From Patescibacteria group bacterium (GTDB lineage Bacteria; Patescibacteriota; Patescibacteriia; UBA9934; GWF2-40-263): a stretch of 64,000 nt of DNA. The notes beneath the pieces are model-generated. The model was not told where the DNA came from. It searched no databases and saw only the letters and a program-made list of their open reading frames with translations. Position numbers and translations under genes: made by a program. Location: contig SCUM01000001.1 in assembly GCA_004297215.1 (NCBI GenBank), positions 742,716-806,715 of the forward strand, written 5' to 3'. This document shows positions 7,865 through 17,400 of the stretch, piece after piece (within the stretch, counting starts at the first letter, position 1; every line of letters starts with the position of its first letter).

Positions 7865-10800
7865 ATGCCCCATATAAGGAGGAACGTCCATCGTCTCATC
7901 GCCGCCGCGACCATCCTCGCGAGCGTCTTGCCGTTCCTCCCCGCGCGCGCGGCCACGGTCACCTCCGCGAGCGACGTCATGACCACCCTGGAGACGTCGG
8001 CCGCCGCGAACCACGTCATCGCCTTCGTCACCCCATCGGGCGTTTCGGAAGGGGACACGGTCACCATCGAGTTCGACGCGGATTTCGACACGTCGGGCCT
8101 TACCGAAGATGACGTGGACGTGGAGGACGACGGCGTCGACCTTACGACCGCCGCGGATTGCAGCGGCGCGGAACAGGCGTCGGTCATCCTTGCTGCCGAC
8201 ACGTTCACCATCACCATCTGTGCCGGAGACGGGGGCGCGATCGCCGCCACGAGCGAGGTGACGGTGGAAATCGGCACCAATGCCACCGCTTCGGGCACGG
8301 GCACCTCCCAAATCGACAACCCGTCCGCGGCGGGCACCTATTACGTGTCCGTGTCCGGCACGTTCGGCGACGCCGGCTCCATCGCCCTTCCCATCGGAGG
8401 GGATGACACGATCGGCGTGACGGCGACGGTCACCACCGGCGGCGCTGGAGGAGGTGGGCCGCCGGCCCCGCCCGCGGGCGACACCACGCCGCCCGTCATC
8501 AGCAACATCACCGTGAGTTCGATCACGGCCACCTCGGCAATCGTCACCTGGGACACGGATGAGGCCGCGGACAGTCGCGTGGATTTCGGGCCCACCGTCG
8601 CCTACGAGAACGGGAGCGTCACGAGCGGGACCCTCGTCACCAGCCACGCGCTTACCCTCACCGGGCTCACGGGAAGCACCGAATACCACTTCCGCGTGCG
8701 CTCGAAGGACGCGGCGCTGAACGAGCGGATCAGTTCCGACAACACCTTCATGACCACGGACGGCGTCGCGCCGCTCATCTCGGCGATCGTCGTGACGGAC
8801 ATCACGACGACCAGCGCGCGCGTGACCTGGACGACGGATGAGGCCGCCGACAGCGCGGTCGATTTCGGACCCACCGTCGCCTATGGGACGATCGTCACGG
8901 ACGGGAGCCTGGTCGTGAGCCATTCCGTGGTGCTGACCGGACTCACGGAGAACGCCCTCCATCACTTCCGCGTGCGCTCGAAGGACGCGGCGCTGAACGA
9001 AGCCGTGAGCGGCGACGGGACGTTTACGACGCTCGACGATCCCAACCCGGGCAACGTCACCGGACTGTCGGTGACGGCGGGGGACGCGCAAAACCAGCTT
9101 TCATGGACGAATCCCCCGGACGGCGACCTTTCGTCGATCCGCGTCATCGCGTGCACGAACGAAGCGCCGAGCAGCCCGACCGATCCGGATTGCACGGTCG
9201 TGTCCAGTTCGCTCGCTTCCTCTTTCACCCACACCGGCCTTTCCAACGGCACCACCTACTTCTACGGCGTCTTCGCCGTGGACGCCGTTGGGCAGTTCAG
9301 TTCTGGTACGCTCGGGCAGGGTACCCCGAGCGTGCCAGAAGAAGAGCTGCCGCCGGAGGAGCCTCCCCCGGAGCCTCCCCCGGAAGCGCCGCCGGAACCG
9401 CCCCCAGAGGCGGTTCCACCCCCAGCCCTCCCGTCCGGCCAGGCGGGAGGAGCGTGCGGGGACGGCATCTGTTCGGACCTGGAGTCCGGCGCATCTTGCG
9501 CCGTCGACTGCGGTCCGCTCCCGCCCGCGGCCGCGTGCGGGAACGCCGTGTGCGAAGCCGGCGAGGACAGCGCCTCGTGCGCACAGGACTGTCCTCCCGG
9601 CCTCGTGCCGGCCGATGTCCTGCGGCAAGACCTCACGTTCCTTGCGGGAGCCGCCGGGCTCGCGCTCCCCGTGTCCGACCGGGGATCGGTCGCGGTGCTT
9701 TCGCGCCGTGCGCTCGTCGCGCGGCTTTCCGCCATCCACCTTGATCGACCGGTGGATCGCGTCGAACTTGCCCTTGAGGGCGAGACCTACCTCATGGCCC
9801 CAACCTTCTCGGAAGAGGAGGGACAGGGGTTGCGCGCCGCCGCCGTGGGCGACGACGCGTACGAGACCACGATCACGACGCCGGAGACGTCGGGATCCCA
9901 TCCGTTAGCGGTGACCGTCCACTACGGGGACGGCACCGTGCAGGCCGTCGCCTTGCTCCTCGACGTAAAGGGCGACGGATATGCCTATGCGTCCGTCGAC
10001 GATGCCGAACAGCGCGTTTCAGGCGCCACCGCCACGCTTCACGAGGTCAACGGGGGAACGGCCGTATGGGACGGGTCACCCTACGGGCAATCCAATCCGT
10101 TGACGACGGGCGGCAACGGCGCGTTCGCCTGGTACGCGCCGAACGGGACGTACGCCGTGTCCGTTTCGGCCGCCGGGTATGCGCCCGCGCGGACCGCGAC
10201 GTTCTCGGTCACGGACCACATCATCAATCCTCGCGTGCGGCTCGCCCTCGAGGAGGAGCCGCCGCTGATCCCGCCCCCTTCGGCCCCCGTCGCGGCGATC
10301 CTGGACGCGGCCGCCGCCGTCAACGAGACGCTCGAGGCGGTACGCGACCTTCCCGCCGTGCAGACGGCCGCGGACATCTCGGTTCCCGCGCTTGCCGTGA
10401 CCGCCTCCCTCACGGGCGTCACGCTCGCGATCGGGTTCAATTTCGTTCCTTTGCTCCAATATCTCTTCACCGCGCCCGTCCTGCTCGTGGGACGGCGCAA
10501 GCGTCGCGCTTTCGGGATCGTCTACAATTCGATCTCGAAGCTGCCCGTGGACCTTGCCACCGTGCGATTGTTCCGCCTGCCGGATGAGCTTCCCGCCGAG
10601 GGGGTTCCGGAGACCGGGAGGCTGGTGCAATCCCGCGTGACGGACCGCGGCGGACGCTATTTCTTCCTTGCCAATCCCGGCCGCTACCGCCTGGCGGTGA
10701 CGAAGCAGGGATTCGATTTCCCGACGGGCTACCTCTCATCCTCGCGGGAAGACCATGACTTCCTCGACCTCTATCACGGCGAGCCCATCGTCGTCTCCGA

Positions 10801-11329
10801 GGCCGGGGCCGTCATCGCGGCCAACGTCCCGCTCGACCCGTCGCAGGCCGCCGCGTTCCACGCTCCGGCCGCCATCGTCCTCAAGGCGCGCCTGCGGACG
10901 ATCCAACACGTCGTTTCCATCTCCGGCATCATCGCCTCGGTCGCGTTCGCGGTGATCAGGCCGGGCGCCCTGACGGTCGGGATGGTGCTCGTGCAGGCGC
11001 TCGTCTACCTTGCCGTGCGCCGCCTCGCGCGCGCGGCCAAGCCCAAGAGCTGGGGGATCGTGTACGACCAGGGGACGGACAAGCCGCTTGGCCGCGTCAT
11101 CGCGCGCGTGTTCGAGCCGCGGTACAATAAGCTCCTTGAGACGGCCGTCACCGACGGCAACGGCCGCTACAACTTCGTGCTCGGGCCCAACGAGTATTAC
11201 GTGGTGTTCGAGCATGAAGGCTACGACAACGTCGAGATACGCCCGGTGGATTTCACCGGACGCAAAGAGGCATCGGACTGGGGCGTCCAGGTCCGCCTGC
11301 CGCCAAAGCTCCTTCCCGCATCCGCGTGA
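7865..11329 (+). CDS. Large multidomain surface protein (subunit-like N-domain, 3x FN3, Cys-rich modules, TM helices alternating with carboxypeptidase-regulatory-like domains)
   Basis: 1154 aa. N-terminal 190 aa homologous to the 34101 protein (ATxTSAxDxM, NHxIxFxTPxGV, ADCS, IGTNAT, SGTFGDxGxIAL). FN3-like repeats with TEYHFRVRSKDAALNE. Pro/Glu-rich linker. Two CG(D/N)GxC...C..DC modules. TM + GRRKRR + CarbopepD_reg-like (TDRGGRYFF..PGRYRL) + TM + second CarbopepD_reg-like (TDGNGRYNF). Confidence 0.8.
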   Translation: MPHIRRNVHRLIAAATILASVLPFLPARAATVTSASDVMTTLETSAAANHVIAFVTPSGVSEGDTVTIEFDADFDTSGLTEDDVDVEDDGVDLTTAADCSGAEQASVILAADTFTITICAGDGGAIAATSEVTVEIGTNATASGTGTSQIDNPSAAGTYYVSVSGTFGDAGSIALPIGGDDTIGVTATVTTGGAGGGGPPAPPAGDTTPPVISNITVSSITATSAIVTWDTDEAADSRVDFGPTVAYENGSVTSGTLVTSHALTLTGLTGSTEYHFRVRSKDAALNERISSDNTFMTTDGVAPLISAIVVTDITTTSARVTWTTDEAADSAVDFGPTVAYGTIVTDGSLVVSHSVVLTGLTENALHHFRVRSKDAALNEAVSGDGTFTTLDDPNPGNVTGLSVTAGDAQNQLSWTNPPDGDLSSIRVIACTNEAPSSPTDPDCTVVSSSLASSFTHTGLSNGTTYFYGVFAVDAVGQFSSGTLGQGTPSVPEEELPPEEPPPEPPPEAPPEPPPEAVPPPALPSGQAGGACGDGICSDLESGASCAVDCGPLPPAAACGNAVCEAGEDSASCAQDCPPGLVPADVLRQDLTFLAGAAGLALPVSDRGSVAVLSRRALVARLSAIHLDRPVDRVELALEGETYLMAPTFSEEEGQGLRAAAVGDDAYETTITTPETSGSHPLAVTVHYGDGTVQAVALLLDVKGDGYAYASVDDAEQRVSGATATLHEVNGGTAVWDGSPYGQSNPLTTGGNGAFAWYAPNGTYAVSVSAAGYAPARTATFSVTDHIINPRVRLALEEEPPLIPPPSAPVAAILDAAAAVNETLEAVRDLPAVQTAADISVPALAVTASLTGVTLAIGFNFVPLLQYLFTAPVLLVGRRKRRAFGIVYNSISKLPVDLATVRLFRLPDELPAEGVPETGRLVQSRVTDRGGRYFFLANPGRYRLAVTKQGFDFPTGYLSSSREDHDFLDLYHGEPIVVSEAGAVIAANVPLDPSQAAAFHAPAAIVLKARLRTIQHVVSISGIIASVAFAVIRPGALTVGMVLVQALVYLAVRRLARAAKPKSWGIVYDQGTDKPLGRVIARVFEPRYNKLLETAVTDGNGRYNFVLGPNEYYVVFEHEGYDNVEIRPVDFTGRKEASDWGVQVRLPPKLLPASA

Positions 11330-11443
11330 CGTCCCGGGTAACGTCGGGGATGTCACCCTCGGCACATCGTACGCGGCGATGTGCCCCGACCGTCGAGACT
11401 CATCAAGGATGGGTCGCGGCGGTCGGCCAACGGGCCGAATGTA

Positions 11444-11475
11444 CCCCCTCATGCTCCCCCTTTGATAAGGGGGAG
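11444..11475. repeat. Palindromic repeat CCCCCTCATG + CTCCCCCTTTGATAAGGGGGAG upstream of giant gene 1
   Basis: Same family as 20039-20092, 36258-36334 and 55450-55508. Sits 14 nt before the ATG at 11489. Confidence 0.75.
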
Positions 11476-11488
11476 ATAGCTCGTCCGC

Positions 11489-14400
11489 ATGCTCAAGCGG
11501 TTCAAGGACAACCCGGATCACTTTTTCAGGAGGCTGTTCGCCTTCACGGCCTTGGGTCTGGTGATGGCCGGAGCGGTGTCGTACATGCTTACGGACAGTT
11601 ACCTGTCCGTCTTCGCCGTCTCTCCTCCCAACATCATCCCGTACCAAGGCCGCCTGCTCAACGCCAACGGAGTGCCCGACGCTTCCGCTTCCCGCGACTT
11701 CCAGTTCCGTTTGTACGACTCCCTAGCCGCCGGCACGTGCCTGTGGAGCAACGACGACAGCTCCTGCGCCTCCGACGCCGATTTGGCCGTGACCCTCACC
11801 GACGGGTTGTTCTCCGAGAACCTCGGCGACACCGGGGCCGGATACGCCGCCATTCCGGATTCCGTGTTCGCGGATGATGCCTCCGTGTTCCTCGAGGTGG
11901 AGGTGGAAGGGGAGGTGCTTTCCCCGAGGAAGCAGATCGGAGCCGCGGCGTATGCGTTCAATGCCGACACGCTCGACGGGATGGATTCGGCGAGTTTCGC
12001 CCTCGTGGACGACGCGTTCGTGCAGGACGGCAACAGCTTCGGGGCAACGGCCGTCATCGGCACCAACGACACCGAGGATTTCGCGATCGAGACGGACGGG
12101 ACCACGCGCATGACGGTCCTTTCAAGCGGTGAGGTCGGAATCGGCACGGCCACCCCGCTCGACACCGTCAGCATCCTCGGGACGTCGGGTTCGACCGGCA
12201 TCGGCATCGATGACAGCACCGCGGGAGGGAACACCTATCTCATCCTCAACCACATCAGCGCGTCGGATTCGAGCGAGGAGATCCTCATGAACGGCGACGG
12301 AACGATCGGACTCAACATCACCAACCAGAACTCCGGCACGCTGGGCACCGACCTCACCGACATCCCTTCGAGCGCCAACTTCTACACCAACTCCGGGAAT
12401 GCCGGCGGGCTCATCCTCGCTTCCCAGCACGCCACGGCCCCGATGATCTTCGCCACCGGCGGCATCGCCACGGGCGACGAGCGCATGCGCATCGACTCCG
12501 CCGGAAACGTCGGGATCGGCACGACGACCCCCGGCGAGACGCTGGAAGTATCCGGCACCTCGTACGTCTCCGGCCACGCCGCGATCGGCGCGGACGCGGC
12601 CGTGGACGACGGGAGCCTCCTCTATCCCGGCTCGATCTTCTCCAACACGCTCAACGTGTCCGAGCGGAGCACGGACGCGAGCGTGGACTACGTCGAGGGC
12701 ACCACCAACTACCTCCTGTACGACCCGTCGGCGGACGCCTCGGGCATCTGGGCGATCGCCCTTGATTCCGAGGCGGCCACCGAGGCGACGAACGCCGAGG
12801 ATGTCGGCACCCTGTCCGCCGGGTATTTCAACGCGACCCACAACGGGACCGGCGACATCACGAGCTGGATGTCCGGCATCGAGGCGTACGCCTTCACCAC
12901 CGCGACCGGCGGAAGCTCGGTCGAGAGCATTGCCGGATACTTCTCGCTTAGCCTGTCGGATCCCCGTTCCTCAGGCACCGAGAACAACTACGGCGTGTGG
13001 TCGGCCGTGAGCCGCACCGGCGCCACCGGCGGCACCATCAACACCTACGGCGTGTACGTGGATGACACGGGCGTGGGCAACGCGGGAGCGGGCACTTCCA
13101 CCGCCTACGGCCTGTACCTCGAGGATTTTCCGACCGCCGACGCCCAATATTCCATCTACTCCGAGGGCGGCCAAAGCTACCACGCTGGCAACTTCGGGAT
13201 CGGGGCGACCACGCCCGACGCCGACCTCGACATCGAGGCCGCCGAGGACACGGAGCGCGTGAGGCTCACGGACACGAGCAACGCGGACTCGGTCGGTCTC
13301 TATGTCGGCGACGGCACGGCAGGGCTCGACGGGACCCTCTCGGCCCAGGCGGGGAGCCTGTTCCTCGACGAGGACGGGAAGCTGTGGGTGAACATGGACG
13401 GGGCGACCAACTGGGACCAGGTGGCGACCACGGCCGGAGGCGCCCTGGACCTCGACGGGGCGTACGACAACGATTCAGACAAGAAGATGGCCGTGGACAA
13501 CGCCTCGGGCCTCGAGTTCGAGAGCTCCACGGCCGGCAACGTGTTCGTGGACCTGCAAAGCACCGGCGACTTCGTGATCCAGTCGGTTGGCACCGCCTTC
13601 GCCACCTTCAACGACTCGGGGAACGTCCTTTTCGAGAACTCGCTCACGGTCGGTTCCAGCTCCGCCGACGTCGTCCTGTTCAACGCCGACGTGGACAGCC
13701 ACTTCATCCCCGACGACGACGACACCTACGACCTGGGCGCCGACGCCCAGCGCTGGAGGGACCTCTACCTTGGGGCCGCGACCCTCCACGTCGGTTCCCT
13801 TATCGGGGACGAGGGAACCATCTCCTATGACACCGGGGCGAACGCGCTCGTCGTGAACGAGGGTGGGGCCGACACCGACTTCCGCATCGAAGGCGACACG
13901 GAGGCGAACCTCCTCTTCCTCGACGCCGGCAACGGCCGCGTGGGGATTGGTACGGCTAGCCCGACCGCGCGCGTACACGCGACCCAATCGACGGACGGCG
14001 GCGGAGGATACGTCTTCGAGAATTCGAACGCGGGAGCGTCCGCCTTTTCCGAGGTTTCCGTCGTGTCCGATGGCGCGACGGGTTCGTGGAGGTCGTTCGG
14101 CACAGGAAATACGAACCTCGGCTTTGATTCCATTTCATTAGCCGATTCCGTGGCCATCGGCGCGAATACGGATGCGACCCGCATGTTCGTGGCCACCTTC
14201 GGCACCGCACCGCTCCTCATCGGCACCAATCTCAACACGAGCGGGACGCCACCGGGGATATTCATCGACACGTCCAACAACGTTGGGATCTTCGACGAGA
14301 CCCCGTCCGCCAAACTCGACGTAGGAGGGACCTTTGCCGTGCAAGGGAATTCGACCCTCGGCAACGCCTCGGGCGACACAGTCACCTCAAACGCCGCCGC

Positions 14401-17400
14401 CTGGACGTTCGCGAATGACACCACTGTCGCGCTTTCGGGCGGCGTGAACGGCCTCAACTTCGACTCGAACACCCTTTCCATCGACGCCGCCAACAACCGC
14501 ATCGGCATCGGCACCTCGACGCCATCGCACCTCGTGGACATCAGCGCCGGCACCTCCACCGGCTTCTGGCCGCTGCACATCGCCGCGACGGTCACGGACG
14601 GGTTCGCGGGGCTGCGCGCCGACATCACGAGTTCGGACACGATCGGGAACAACCAGCTGGCCGGCCAGTTCGTCCTCGCCGCCGGCGCCACCGGGGCAGG
14701 GTATTACACGGCCCTGGACGTGGAGAACCTGGCGGCCGGCACCGGGAGCGACCTCAAGCTCGATACGTCGTCGAACGCCTCCCTCGGCAACACCGGCCTC
14801 AGCAGCCTCGCCATCGCGACCACCACGGGCCTCAACGTCGGCTCTTACATGGAGGCCGCCAACGGCGCGACGAGCGTGGGCGGGGTGGGGAAGTCCATCA
14901 CGGCCAAGGCCTCGGGGACCAACATCGGCGTCCTGGGCGTGGGCCGCAACACGAGCGTGACGTCCCCCATCGAGATCGGCGGGTACTTCGGCCTGTTCAA
15001 CTCCACCCCCACCTTCGACGCCTCCTCCGGCCTCATCGCGAGCAACGGGTCGACCACCAACAACATCTTCCTCGCCCGCGACAACAACACGACGGTGTTT
15101 TCCATCGTGGACGGGGGGAGCGTGGGCATCGGCGACGCCACCCCCGACGCCCTGCTCGACGTGGCCGGCAGTTTCCAGTTCGACGGCGACGCGACCTTTG
15201 GCGACGCGGCCACGGACAACGTGGTGTTCACGGCCGACGTGAACAGCAACATCCTCCCCAACACCGATGACACGTACACGCTCGGCGACGCGGACCAGCG
15301 CTGGGCGGATATCTTCCTCGGCCCGGCCTCCATCCATATCGGCACCTCGGCCACGAACGAGGGCGTGATCAGCTACGCGGCCGGAACCTCGCTCGATTTC
15401 GGCACGGATTCGACCACGAACGCCGACATCGCCTTTTTCACCGACGACCTCTACCTCGACAAGTCCACGGGGCGCGTGGGTGTCGGCACCGCGGCGCCCG
15501 GTTACCTCCTCGACGTGAACGGCGCCATCCGCGCCGGCACGCCGGGCACGGATGGCCAGATGCGCGTCTACTCCGAGCAGGGAGCCACCGACTACGAGGT
15601 CGTGTTCGATCCCAACGCTGCGATGACCCAGAACGTGACGTATACCCTCCCAGCCAATGACGGCGACTCCGGCCAGTTCCTCACGAGCGACGGCGCAGGC
15701 GCGCTTTCCTGGACCACCTCGGCCGGCTCCGGCGACATCACGGCCGTCGGTTCAATGACGAGCGGCGACGCGTTCGCGGATTCCTCGGCCGATGACGACT
15801 GGCTCGGTCTCGGCGTGGCCGCCGGACGCATCGAGTTCGACGACCTCGCCACCGACGAGGTGAACGTCCTTGGGGCGCGCGTCGGCGTCGGCACCTCCGC
15901 GCCGGACGCGTTGGTTGACGTGGAAGGGAGCGTGAACGGCGAGGTCGCCACTTATGCCACGAATACGAACGCGGGCACGGCGGCCTTCGCCGCCGTCAGC
16001 CTCGTGAACGACCAAGGCAATTCGTTCCGATCCTCGGTGTACATGACCAGCAGCACGTACGTGGGTTCCGGTGAAGGCGCGAACGCGCTCGTGTTGCAAA
16101 ACGGCGTGACCACGGGGCCGATCCGCTTCATGCAAGGGACCACTTCCCGCATGCTCATCGACGGCTCCGGCGACCTCTCCTGGAGCGGGAACGCGACCTT
16201 CGGCGATACCTCGGGGGACGCGATTACCGTGAATGCCGCCACTTGGACGTTCGCGAACGACACCGCGGTGGCGCTCTCGGGCGGCGAGAACGGCCTCAAT
16301 TTCGACAGCAACACCCTTTCCATCGACGCGACGAACGACCGCGTGGGCATCGGGACCGCGTCCCCGGCCGCGATGTTCCATGCGACCCGGTCGGCTCCGG
16401 CCGCCGGCGCCGAGGCCTGGGCCGAAAACACGAGCGCGACCGGCTATGCCGCCATGCTCATCGTGAATGACGCCGGGTCCGGGAGCCGCAGCGGGTTGCA
16501 ATTCGCGGGTTCGGGCTATGCCGACACCATCGTCGGGAACAACGACCTCGCCCTCACGCAGGCCACGGCCAACGACCTCCATTTCGCCACCAGCAACACG
16601 CGGCGCGTGACGCTCGACGCGTCCGGGAACCTGGGGATCGGCGACGCCACCCCCGACTACCTCCTCGACGTGGCCGGCACTCTCGGCGTGGACGGCAGCG
16701 TCACCCTCGGCGACGCGGTCACCGACAACCTCACCGTGGGCGCGGCCATCCAAGGGACGAGCGCGCTCGTGTTCGACGGCTCCACGGATGACGCTAACGA
16801 GACCACCTTCTCCATCACCAACCCCACGGCTGACAATACGATTACCTTCCAAAACGGCACGGGCACCGTGGCGTTCCTTTCTGACATCCCGGCTTCCGGC
16901 GACATCACGGCCGTCGGCTCCATGACCTCGGGCGACGCCTTCGCCGACGCCACGGCCGACGACGACTGGCTGGGCCTCGGCGCCGCGGCCGGCCGCATCG
17001 AGTTCGATGACCAGGCGACCGACGAGGTGAACATCCTATCGTCCCTCGTCGGCATCGGGACCTCGACCCCGTCGGCCATGCTTTCCGTGGGCGCCAGCTC
17101 GCAATTCCAGGTGGATAGCTCTGGAAACATCACGACCTCCGGCACTTTGGCGGTGAACGGCGGGATCATCACGGCGACCGGTTCGCTCGATATCAACTCC
17201 CTTACGACGACCGCGCTTACGCTCGACTCGGGCACGACCGGCGACGTGAATCTCGGGACAGGCGCAAACGCGAAGGCGGTCTTCGTGGGCAACAGCACCG
17301 GTGCGACGAACCTTACGTTCAATGTCGGCACCGGCGGCATCAACTTCGGCGACAACGCGAATACGAAGACGATCGACATCGGCGGGGTCACCAGCAGCGG

